Position numbers and translations under genes: made by a program | Assembly (NCBI GenBank): GCA_905178155.1 | Contig: CAJINV010000005.1 | Location: 4,873,369 to 4,937,368, forward strand | DNA: 64,000 nt | From: Amoebophrya sp. A120 | Taxonomy: Eukaryota; Protista; Dinoflagellata | Direction: 5' to 3' | The notes under the pieces: generated by a model | Seen by the model: the letters and a program-made list of their open reading frames with translations, nothing else | Told to the model about the DNA's origin: nothing | Database searches by the model: none | Part shown: positions 1 to 11,309 of the stretch, in pieces | Numbering within the stretch: the stretch's first letter is position 1 | How the letters are laid out: each line of letters begins with the position of its first letter

Positions 1-1163
1 AATCCGCCCCCCAGACCCCTGTTTGTCCTTCCAATGCAAAGTCGAGCTGCGCTCCTTCCTTCTGCCGGAAGACACTTAATGCGCGGCTCATCCAAAAAAC
101 ACCCGCAGCCGGCTCGAACAGTCGAGCCGAGCATCAGACGAGCGGCTACAGCGCCAAAGAATATATAAGCACGGCAAAAAACGTGATCTAAATAGTGCCC
201 TCGGTGGATTCCCCGGCGCGGTCAGTTGCCGACCTGAACTTTTTGGAAAAGGGGGATGGAAGGGCGGACTTCATCTGCGATACTGTCAACGCGTTGTGCT
301 TGTAAAGCGCCTCCCACTCTTCGTAAAATTGTTTCGGATTGATCTTCTTGTTGCGGCTGCTAGGATCGTGCGGTTCAGTTACATATAACCTGTTCTCGGT
401 GAAGCGGCCCTGGTCCGCAGCCGGAATGATCTCCAGAAAAGATTCATGCACTAAAGTCCCTTGGCCCTCCGGAACCACGAGCGGAAGGTCTATGACAGCG
501 CCAAAAACCCCCAAAAGGCGCCAAGTGGCCGGCTCGCTGCTTTAAACCATGATCGCAGGCGCGGTGCGGGCTGCAGAAAAAATGCCTGAACTACAGTGCC
601 ATCATGAGTGCAGATCCCGAATCTCCTAAATGCATCTTTGTCTCCCTCTAGTTGATGCGCATAGAAATAGACCAAGCTCTGTCATACAAAATCGATTCAC
701 GAGTGGGCGCGTGTGTTCAGTTTTCGGCAAAGAACACCCGAATCACCATTCACATACATAGGGCCTTTTTGCCAATCTGCAACGGGTCTTCTCCCAGTGG
801 CGCTTGATGCATTTGCTGCTCCGTGCAGATGCAGAATGCAGCTAAATATGAAGTAAACACGTTCTGTATCAGCCGTGCCACAGGTGCTCAAAGTGGGTAA
901 GAAGTATCTTCTCGGCGTAAACGGCGCCAACGCGGAGTCCCGTGGTCTTGGTGGCGGCGGAAGCGCAAGCGGTCCTCCTGCTTGATCTGCCGCTGGTTGA
1001 GCTGCCGCTGGTTGAGCCGCGGCAAGGGGAACACCACCAGCATCATTTCATATGCAAGGAAGGAAAACTGCGCGCCGTCTCCACACGCTCCATACAAGAA
1101 GAAAGACCGAGACGCCGGCCCTATCCGACGAGGGATGTGGACTCGCTCTTTCCGCTCATCGTG

Positions 1164-1377
1164 AAATCTGTCATGCAAGAAGTACATGATCAACCGTAGT
1201 ACCACAGGTTTCGCATGACAAGTTCTGGAATGCGAAACCGCACTCCAATTACTTATCAGGCGAAATATGTATTGCAGAAAGTGGAACGCTCTGCGAGTCT
1301 GTCATGCTCATCATGCAATAGCACAAAATCCAGCCTCTATCCTAACGATGGAGATTGTAAAGTTTGAGCAGGTCATA
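1164..1377. mobile_element. Truncated family G introner (one TIR only)
   Basis: Ends GAGATTGTAAAGTTTGAGCAGGTCATA and is colinear with 52259-52511; the left TIR is missing. Confidence 0.8.
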
Positions 1378-1609
1378 AACAAAAAAGTTGTTTTCTACAG
1401 TGAAGCGGAGACGACCACAGCACGCATTTTTCTCCCATGATACCGAAAAGTGTGCGTGTTGGAGGTCCACTGTGACTTTGGGCTGGTGGAGGCTTCGGGC
1501 GCGTTGTGCCAAGATTAAGACCGGGACCGCCCAATACCGCCGGGTACCCCTTCGCAACTGGCGGCGAAAGCGCAGGCGGTCCTGCTGCGGCCGGCGCCGC
1601 TTCTCTTCC

Positions 1610-1695
1610 TGCTTGAGCTCCCGCTGCTTCAGCTGCCGCTGCTTGAGCTGCCGCTGCTTGAGCTGCCGCTGCTTGAGCTGCCGCTGCTTGAGCTC
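1610..1695. repeat. 15-bp tandem repeat (TTGAGCTGCCGCTGC), about 5 copies
   Basis: Direct reading; a shorter version lies at about 980-1020. Confidence 0.9.
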
Positions 1696-2630
1696 CCTCT
1701 CCTTGAGCCGCCGCAGCGGGATCACCACCAGCACCAGATCATATGCAAGGAAGGAACACTGCGCGCCGTCTCCACACGCTCCATACAAGAAGAAAGAGCG
1801 ATACGCCGGCCCTATCCGACGAGGGATGTGGACTCGCTTGTTCCGCTCATCGTCGTGTAGTCGAAACCATCTTAGTGGTCGAATTATAGATCCGTGAGGA
1901 CAAGCATTGAAAGAACTAAACATCCCAGCCAAGTACACCCAGTGGCGCTGGCGCGTCTCTACATCGTCTCTCGAGTCGATTCATGCCCAATGTAGTGCCA
2001 TGCCCTCGACCGTTGCCGTTCTTTGCATTTCGCACATGAACTCCTCGTCATAATACAGATTTTTCCCGGAGATGAATCATGCAGGAACAAAAAAGTACTT
2101 AGCTTTCTACGGTGAAGCGGACTCGACCACAGCACGCATTTTTCTCCCATGATACGCTGAAATGTGTCTGTTGGTACACGGTAGGCAGAGAAAGGTACCG
2201 GCGGTCCAGGATTATTGTACCCACCTGGTCGATATTCCACCGCTGGTCCCGCCACTGGCGCCCCTCCAACGTTCGGTCGCTGTCTCTCCGATGTGGCCGG
2301 AGCCTATCAAGCTGGAACAAACCCACCTACCCCAACCACCGCAGCTGAGTTCGCCAGAAGCTGAACCCGTGGCTTTCCACCCTACTCGACGTCTCGTCCG
2401 AGAACCAACTTTTTTTCCATGCAATAAAACAACTTCATCTAAATCGCGTACCTCGCCAGAGTTTGTAGTTCAAATATGCGCTTGATAAACTTTCAGTTTC
2501 GTGACTCCGACACACGTTTTGCAAATGTAAGTGCTTTTTTTTCCGCGCCGGCAACTGAGTTGCCAAATTATTGCATTCAGTGGTCAAAGTCCGACGAAAA
2601 AGCTTGCCATGGGTGGTGGTGGATCTGTTT

Positions 2631-5600
2631 TCACAGCGATAAGGGAACTTGTGGTGGTTGGGCGCCGAGTAACTCTGCGGCCAAGTCATCAAAATTAGGC
2701 ACTTCTTCTATCAATGGGTCTTGTTTTCGGCTGGGGGCAGGAGGCTCCAATGGACCATCTGCGGGAGGTGGGGGACCCGACTGCGGTGGCGAGCCTGCTC
2801 CAGCGCCGCCTGCTGTTACTGAGGCTGCCGAAGCCTGCGGCGGCAGTACCGGCGAATCTTGTTGGGCCAGTAGGAGACCCGGAGCCGTGGCTACTGCACC
2901 CGCCGCACCAGCTGCTCCGCCTGCTCCTGCAGGACCGCCAGCGCCGTCCAAGCTCGCAACCATCGCCGGTTGCGGCCTTCTTGCAACGGAAGCCTGCGGC
3001 GGCAGGTCGACCAACGAGCCTGCGGCGGCAGGTCGACCTCCCTGCTGCGGTTGAAGCTGAGAAGCCGAATCGGTGCCAGGTGGTAGAACGCTTCCCGCTC
3101 CAGGTCCTGCACTCGCGAGAGAAGTCGCCGGGGTCGCGGGTTCTGCCTGACCGGGAACACCTCCACCTGCCGCGGATGCCATACTCGCCAAAGATGGTCC
3201 AAGGTCGTCGTCGCTATCTGGCATGAAGGGTCCAACGCCACCTCCAACATCGCCAATTCGTCCACCTTCACCAAAGTCACTACCACTTCCCGGCTGCCTG
3301 TGCTGCGGTAACAAGGAAGTCGGAAAAAGCTCGATTACAGGAGCTGAGACTGCTTCGACCTGTGGCGCGAGCGGTCGCTGACCGGAACCTATCCTGAGTA
3401 AAAACATCCCCATGCCAGAGTCAAGATGGGAAATCTGCTAGACAAATTAGCCAGCTTTGGTTGTTTCGCATGACAAGTTTGTCCTCGTAGTGTAATCCTG
3501 TTGAGGTAGTTCAGAAGCATCACAGATCCAGCATATCATGCTGACTACATCACAAATTTCAAAACACGACTAGAAATAAGTGCTTCTCATGGGGCTCCGC
3601 ATGAGAAACTTTTTTGGCATGCAGATTTGCATGAGAACTCTGGGGTGGGCACGTTTTTACACAGGATAGAACCTCCTCCACCTCCCCTGGGTCCCGCACC
3701 CGGGCCCGCCGGCATCACCGGCGTCCTTTCTCCCACTCCCCCTCCCGCGTAACTGGCGGGAGGGCGAGAAAGTGACGACGCGGCGCTTCCCGCAGCGGCC
3801 TGTGCAGACCCTGCATCCGCAGCCGATGCAACAGGTGCCGTATCAGGCCCCGCCGGCACCACCGGCGTCCTTTCTCCCACTCCCCCTCCCGCGTAACTGG
3901 CGGCAGGGCGAGAAAGTGACGACGCGGTGCCTCTTGCAGCGGTACTTGCAGATCCTGCACCCGCAGCCATCGCATCGCCGGCCCCAGAATGTGCTGGAGG
4001 TTGAGCCGATGCAGAAGGGTCCGGCGGTCCCAGAAAAAGATCTCCTCCATCGTCAAACCCTCCCAAACCCGCCTGGCCCCCACCACCAGACACAGTTCCC
4101 GCATCGCTGCTCAAGGTAGAGCGCCCTGCTGATCCCGGAACACTCGCCGAACCGGATTTAGAAACACCAGAAGCGTGGTCAGAATCAGAATCGCTCTCCT
4201 CCGGAATGGTGTCGAGGCGTGTTGTCCGCAAGCGGTCCTCGTCAGTGGGTCGCCCCATGCTTCCCGCGTCTCCACCAACAAGTCCGACTTGCGGAACAGG
4301 ACGTCCGACAAAGGTGGCAGCGCTTGGCGCTGCAACGGTTGGAAGCAGAGGGGAGTCCGCAAAAGGTCCAAGCGGAATGTCGTGGGCCCAAATGGCGGGT
4401 TGACCCCGTGGACCCAGCAAGCCCGGTGCCTGTAGATCAGACTGCTGCGCCAGCCCCGGTCGTTGCCGTGGTGCTTCGTCCGCGGGCCCCCCTCCCATGT
4501 CCGAGGAACTGGGACCTGCAATAATAGAACCAGAAGGTGGTGACGCGGAAGCGCGTCCTGTCGCGGTACCTGCCGCCTCTGCACCTGCAGTCCTCGCATC
4601 CCCGGCCGCGGGGTGTAGCTCCGTCGGTGCAAAAGGTGCCGCAGCAGGTTCCGGCGGTACATCAAGGCCACCTCCAACGCCAAATCCCCCACCCCCGCCA
4701 CTAAATAAAGTGCGGGGCGGACGTACTGTCTGGAAAGGGTCGCGGGCCCCTTGCATTTCTCCCGCGCCTCCGCCTCCAATTCCGACTTGCGGAACAGCAC
4801 CTCCAAGAGAAGTTGCATCGGTCGGCGCTGCTAGACTTAGTGGACGAAGGGGGTCCGCAAAAGGTTCAAACTGCGACCGCGCGTTATGCGGATCGCCGTC
4901 ACTTGCTGCCACGGCAGGTCGTTGTGAATCCAGGACGCCCGCTTGTTGGGGGTTCAACGCATCGGTCGGTGCGAGACCCGGTTCGAATTTCATGCCAGGG
5001 TACTGGTGTAAGTTGTTCGGAATAGATGCAGCAAACGGGTCCGCAGCGGGAAGAGCCGAAGGTCCTCCGTCTACTTGTTCTCGCGAAAGCGGATGCTGCC
5101 TCGAGTCTGCTGGCCCAACATCGCTCGCCGAACCGAGATGATCAGAAAGAACACCAGAAAGAACAGAAGGGGTCCGGCTCCCTCCCCCCAACGCACCGGG
5201 ATGCACTGGCTCGAATGGCGACGCACCGGGAGGCTGCAGCAGTCCTCCCCCACCTCCGCCAGTTCCCATCCCGCCTTGCAAAGAACCTCCCCCAAAAGAG
5301 GACGCGCCGGCGCTCAGCTGTGTTGAAACGGGTGTTGGAGGAACGGAGCTCCCAAGAGATTCGCCGTCACTTGCTGCCATGGCGGCTTGGCCTCGTGGAT
5401 CCAGCAAGCCCGCTGGCGGTAGACCCGATGGCCCCGGCTGCGCCAGCCCCGGTTGCAATGCCGCTTCACGGTAGTCGTGCAAGCTGTCCAGAGTAAACGG
5501 CCCCGCAACGGGAAGCATTGCAGTTCCTCCGCTTTGTTCTCCCGAAGGCTGCTGCGGCTGTCCGAGTGGCGAGTACAGGCTCTGTGCTGGGTCCGCAAGA

Positions 5601-7260
5601 GAACCGGGAAAACGACGCTCTCCGCCGTCATAGAAGGGCTCTTCTTGGGGGAGAACAAAGGGGGCAGTGGCAGCACCACCGAAAGCCGGTTCGCCGATGG
5701 CAGGATACGTCGGAGCCGCCGCACTTGAAGAGTACGACGCAGCTGCGGCCGGGTAAAATGGCGTAGCAGCAGCAGCGGGCGGATATGATCCCGCCGAAGA
5801 AATAAACGCCGGTGCGCTGCCCCCGCCTGCCGCAGAATAAGGCTCCGCGGCGGTCGCACGGTACCCTCCTCCTCCTCCCCCCGGAGGATAACTCCCCGTC
5901 CCCACGGCGCCAACAGCGGGTCCTCCTCCCGCGAACGCATTAACACCGGAGTCTCCGCTCAACCTGCCACCTCCAACAAAGGGTAGTTGCGCCGGAACTG
6001 CGGCCATTGGAGCTCCAGCGTGGGCAGCTGCCGGTTGTCGTGCGCCCGCTTGGGCAGCAGCTCCCACTTGTCGTGCTGCGCCCGCTTGTCCGCCGACTTG
6101 CGCTCCCGCCCCGGCAAGTTGTTGGCGTTCGTCCGAAGGAGTTGTCGCCTCGTTGTAGTAGTGGGAAGGCTATCCATTGCAAATATGTCTGGGTCTGGAT
6201 GTGTCATGCTAGGCTCGCAACACTCGTAAGTCTGTCATGCGCGTTACCTTTGAGCCCTGTTTTTCTGTGATGCAGAAACGCAGTTTGCCATGCAGAAGAG
6301 GCAACACTTAGAAGCTCCGAAACTTGTCATGCTGAGCCACTACTTGCGGACTCCACATGCTACGTCACTACAGCAATACAAGTTTCCAGAAGCAGACCTA
6401 TTTGCATTTCGTAAGCGCGGCGGCAGTTGGTGCCCGTAGTGTTCAAAGTGTGCCGCGACTGCCGCCCGGTGCGCGTCATCTACGTGCCGCAGATGCTCCG
6501 GTAGATTGTGGCCGGACATCACGGCGCGAATCGCCGCCTCTTGCGCTTCCCGTTCCGGGCTGCCCGGGGGATAGTCGTGGTTTCCCCCGGCGGCCTCCAC
6601 GAGCCAAGCTTTAGGCTGGTACTTGCTGCCCGGTAGAGGGTAATGGTCCAGCCGGGTCCTCGCGCCGCTCGGAAGCTGGTGCTTTTCCCGCATTTTTGTC
6701 CTCTTGGCCACGAAAGAGGAGGCGGACGCACGTCCAGGACGAGACCCTGCAGCCTCATCGGTAGCACCGAGGACAGCTTCTCGCTCCTGCCGCTTGTGGT
6801 TGTGCAATCCTGCAGCAGGAGCAAGCTCTCGTCCGCCTTCCCGCCGCTGGTTCCGGAGGTATTCGACCGTATTTTTGCGACTCAGCTGTAAGTACACCTC
6901 GGGCGGATGCAACACGTCGTCGGCGGATTCATCGTCTTCAAAAATGTCGAGGGTTGGACGATGGTTGTGGTGTTGGTGAATATTAAAACCGTAGTTTTTC
7001 TCATCGACATCGTCCTCCTCATCATGTTGATCGGCGTTCAGATTCTTGTTCGTGATTTTGATGTTCTTGTTGTGTTCTAAATCTGTATTCGCCTGCTCCT
7101 GCTTCCTGACCCCGGCTGCGAATTTCACAAAATTGTTCCCGGAAAAGAACACGACAAACAGCTTGGAAAAGGAGCCCACCGCGGCGCAAGACGGAAGAAA
7201 CCCCACACGACGTGTCGCCCGGGGGGAAGACCGGCCGCAGGTGGGGAACAGGGCAGCCAT
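2631..7260 (-). CDS. Large low-complexity Gly/Ala/Pro/Ser-rich protein (~1360 aa), unknown function, 3 exons
   Basis: ORFs 6340-7260, 3587-6067 and 2631-3413 join in frame (QLPP|PSHYY; GGG|SGQRP) after removing the introners at 6171 and 3390 plus 5 nt. Internal 144-bp duplication at 3716/3860. Confidence 0.75.
3390..3668. mobile_element. Introner family B
   Basis: TATCCTGAGTAAAAAC...GTTTTTACACAGGATA; TSD GAACC. Confidence 0.95.
6171..6413. mobile_element. Introner family A (diverged)
   Basis: TATCCATTGCAAATATGTCTGGGTCTGG TIR; degenerate TSD AAGGC/AGCGC. Confidence 0.85.
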
Positions 7261-8249
7261 GATGTAACTTCTTGGTAGAAGCAGGATGAGAATCCAGTAC
7301 TACACTGGAGCTTTTTATTGATTGGCCTTGTATATTAGCTGCAATTGGGTTGCAATTGCACGTTTGCTTGTTTGCAGTGGTTTGTTGTTGTTCACCTTCA
7401 GGATCGGAAGAGAATGTTGAACTTGAAAATCAATCAGGTCGCAATAATGTACGGTGAAGCGGGGCGTGAAAAAGTTTTGTCGGTTAGCGAAGTGTTTACT
7501 ATGCTGGGAGTGGGAGCAAAAACTTCCTGTTTTTTTTTTCAACAATTATACGAGAAAAGTCATTTACGGCATTCGCCTTTTACAATACGGAAAATCTAAA
7601 TTGTCTTGGTAGACAGCGCACGTACGAAAAGCGGAGGAAAGAAGTACTAGAGCATCTTCTTCATTGAACGAATACGATGTACCGAACAATTGTTCTTATA
7701 CGCTTTGCAACACAACAGGCCAACAGGCGCACGAAAGAGACCGAAAAGAAGAAGCTGAGGCCAAGTACAGATTGCTATTTTCGAAAAAGTAGACCGACGA
7801 GTTGTATCAAGATCAACTTCTAAAAATCGCTCTATCAACTGTACGAAGGACTAGAGCGTCGTAGTCGTACTGACCGAAAGAAGCATAGACCACGATTGTG
7901 CAGCAAAGGACGAAAATTCGAAACTAGGACATGGAGCAAGACCGAGCGGAGATGACAACGCTTGTATTCAAGAAATACAACCGAATAGGAGCATAAAAGT
8001 ACACCTCTCAAAAGAGCACCGAAAAAGAGAAGTCGTAAAAAAAAAACAAACATCCTGAACCGGCGACATTTCAAAATACCGAGGGGAGCATCGGAAACTA
8101 CGCCAAGCCGTGTGTAGAAACGGCACGGGAGAGTGCATATGCACTAGTGCTTTGCGTGCTTGTTCACAAAAAAATGTCTTTTTTGAAGTGAGATGCAGCA
8201 GCTGATTCTACTGCATCTCCGTAGTTTCATTCCTGCACAAAAAAGCCGA

Positions 8250-10371
8250 TCACTTTTCCCAGTTTAATTTCTTTTTCACCTCCTCTTGAAAGTCCGTCGG
8301 TAGAAAACTAAAGCAGAAACTCAAATGGCTTCGGCTCGCTTCCGTTTCTCGCATGGTGGATTCGAATTCCTTGGAAATTTCAAACACCTGTAGCAGCGGT
8401 TCCACTTCCACTTCTACTTCCCCCTCTTTGCTCTCCTCCTGCCCGTTGCCAGCTGAGGTCGCTGTGGTTTCTTTTTCTGCCATTTCGTCCGCCATTGTCA
8501 TCAGAATCTGCAGAATGTCTTCCAGCAAATCCGGTTCGAGCTTGTGAAAAATCTTGCGGCTTTCCGACACCTTTATTGTCGTGGCCAGTAGCCGTACTTT
8601 CGCCTCCGTTCCCTTCGCTCGGTGCCACGCGGTTACAAATTCGCTCAGGCGCGTCAGTATGGATTGCAAAAATGTCTGGGTCTCGAAGGTTGGAACTTGT
8701 GATCCTAACTTTGGACTCTAAAAAATTCTGTATTGCATAAACAGCAAGAGGAGTCCGGTTTGTGCTACGCGTGGAGGGGATTTGTCATGCGGAATAGGCA
8801 GCAGGAAGGCCTCTAAACATCTGTGATGCTAGGGCTTCCATGGCAGACATTCTGTGTCATGCAAAAACAGCATAAACAAATTTCGGATTCTTCCAGACCC
8901 AGACATTTTTGCATTTCATAGTCAGCTTTTTCGCCTTGCTGCTTGTTCCGGCTTGCTTGTTGCCATCGGCGCCGGAGGGTATGGAAGTGGAAAATGGTCG
9001 AGAGTCTACCAACTGTACTAGTTGCTGCTTCTCTTTTTGCAATCGGAACAAGTGACTTTTGCAGAAACACAGAAAGAATTATTGCAGCAATGAAGCAGAA
9101 GATCGAGCAAGAGAAACTGTGCAACTAACTACACTGAGCAAGAAGGTATCAAATGTAAAAATGTCTGGGTCTGGAAGATTGTCATGCTAGTCTGGCATGA
9201 CTCTGCACTCTGTATTGCGCGGCCACCAACAGGTCCCCTTGCCTGTCATGCAAAAGCGCAGTTTCTCATGCGAAATACGCATCACAGAAGCACGAAAAAA
9301 CTTGTCATGCTTGGCGGCGCATTACAGAGCACTTATTGTTCACGGACTTGCATCACAAGTTTCCAGACCCAGACATTTTTGCAGTTCATAGAAGGAACAA
9401 AACCACCGATTTCCACAGTCCCATACATGCGGAGCTGCTGGAGGAAGTCTGCTTCAGTGCGGGGTCTGCGATTTCATTTTATCCATTCGATTTTCCTATC
9501 TACTACTTCTTCCTGCATGACAAACAACAGCACGAATGCAGAACTATGCATGCCAATAGACTACAGTTCGAAACAAGAACTACGAACTCCTAATATACCG
9601 CCCCCCTGCCTCCCGTACTTGTTGTGGTCGAGACACTTCGGCGGGGCCTGAAAGTCCCTCTTGTTGATCGGCTTCAGCGTGCAGCCCGCGACCAGCTGCT
9701 CGAATTGGTGGTAGGTGGGCGCTATGAACTGCAAAAGTATCCGATACTTGTATAAATGCATTACAAATTTCCTCCGCGTGAGAAATAAAATTTGTAATGC
9801 GGATTCACCTTAAGAACAAGATTTGTAATGCATGATTACAATACGAGTATCAGATGCTATTGCACAGGATAGGCGCCTGGTAAACGGCGCGCTTTTTCGC
9901 TTCGTCGACGGTGTCCCGCTTCCAATCTTCGTAAACGCCGGCGGTGACCTCGTTTTTGAACTGGTCAAAATTACTGGGATCGAATATCGTAAGAAAAAAT
10001 CCCCCCTCCCCATATCGAAAAGGCCCGCCTCAGAGCATTTGTGATGCTTATTTGTGGCCACAAATCGCATCTGTCTTGCTCTTGCAAGAAAGCAACCGCA
10101 TAGGCTGCGCCCCATTATGCAGGCGATTTGTAATGCTGTTGGGCCTACAGCGTAGACGTTCCTCATGCTAAGTGCCTAGGTCGTAACCTCTCTAGATCGG
10201 CATGATATGGGCCTGCACTCCTCTAGTGCAAGACAAATCTGATTTGTGTACTTACGCAAATCCAGCATCAGAAATTTCGTTTTGATGTGGGGAGGGGGGA
10301 TTTTTCATTTTGATATCGAAAACCCCCTGGTCCGGCCGGAACGTCAACTTTTCCTGCTTCAGGATCGGCAT
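8250..10371 (-). CDS. CCDC103: Dynein attachment factor CCDC103/DNAAF19 homolog
   Basis: Spliced N-terminus DWKRDTVDEAKKRAVYQAPTYHQFEQLVAGCTLKPINKRD matches the CCDC103 dynein-attachment motif. C-terminus SEFVTAWHR...IFHKLEPDLLEDIL...LSFCFSFL is RPAP3_C-like. Middle exons (about 9010-9598) are uncertain. Confidence 0.85.
8658..8920. mobile_element. Introner family A
   Basis: TIR ...TGTCTGGGTCT / AGACCCAGACA...; TSD GTCAG. Confidence 0.95.
9147..9390. mobile_element. Introner family A
   Basis: TIRs; TSD GAAGG. Confidence 0.95.
9723..9871. mobile_element. Introner family C
   Basis: TATGAACTGCAAAAGTATC...TGCACAGGATA; TSD GGCGC. Confidence 0.93.
9985..10315. mobile_element. Introner family D
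   Basis: AAAAATCCCCCTCCCCATATC / GATGTGGGGAGGGGGGATTTTT TIR; TSD TCGAA. Confidence 0.95.
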
Positions 10372-11309
10372 CTTGGTCAGTTTCGCGGTGGTACAATAGG
10401 GCTCTTTGATATCCTCGGAGTATCTTTTTAATACAACAAGGGTTGTTGCTATCACCAAAGAAAAGGTAGATATTTTTTCTCTAATATCAGTTTTTGTTCC
10501 GCTTGCGCTTTGTCGAACGTTGTCTTCGTTGGCAAGAACCTCAACCTCAACAGTAGAATCAAACTCCCAACTCTACTCCTCGTTCTCTAAGCCAAGTTCG
10601 ACCTACTAACTTTTCATCAAACACCTTCAAGAACTTTACATCGATATTAACTTTTTCTCGTGCAAACAGAATTAAAACCTGCTGGTGAAATGAATACGAA
10701 ATCAACGACCGGCTAGAAAAGTCAGTTGAAACAAACACGGCGGGCAAGTGATCATGATCTGATCACTTGCCAACACGAGACGCGCCTTCTGCGCAGCTCC
10801 GGTAGACACTACAAGCTGCGTCATGTTCGTATGCGTTGGCGTTCTTGCATAACAACCAATCTAAACCGCATCAAACTGCGTCTGCCGGCAAGTGCAGTGT
10901 CACGACAAAACCAAAGTGTAAAAACTTCTCCGGTGGAGGTGATAACAGTTTGGTCCTGCGCACAACAAGAACTTCTAAACAATAAACGAGGAAATAAACA
11001 AAATCGAATAGGCCAAACGCAAACCAATTCGCAATTATACCTGCTGATGAATTATCTAACGCAAGAACTTGTTAAGCTTTTGTTGTTCCGATCAACGGAA
11101 GATAGCGTATAATTTGTTTGTTGTTTATTCAAGACGTGGCTCTTGAAAGTCTCGCTTTCTGCTCACGTGTTGTTAGAGCTACTTTAAGAAATACAAAGCA
11201 AGGAACTATCTAAAGGTACTTTTGGATGCAAAACGGACAGCTTTTCGTCCGATAAAAACAGTTCGCGTAGATGAAGAAGATAATATCGTCGCAGCTTTCG
11301 CAGTAGCAC

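Larger units (their letters stand above)
188..2420 (-). pseudogene. Mosaic of duplicated, stop-interrupted Ala/Gly/Pro-rich coding fragments
   Basis: Minus-strand frame from about 1045 to 490 is broken by two stops and shifts into ORF 188-514. Segments 962-1160/1568-1850 and 1383-1465/2089-2180 are mutual duplicates. Confidence 0.35.

Noticed and set aside
8658-9390. Reading the flanking TA as a Tc1/mariner TA target duplication
   Set aside because: A separate, variable 5-bp direct repeat lies outside the TA at nearly every copy, and frame restoration needs plus 5, so TA belongs to the TIR.
9184-9651. Many short ORFs with recurring peptides ([23 protein letters not shown])
   Set aside because: These are translations of introner TIRs, not a protein family.
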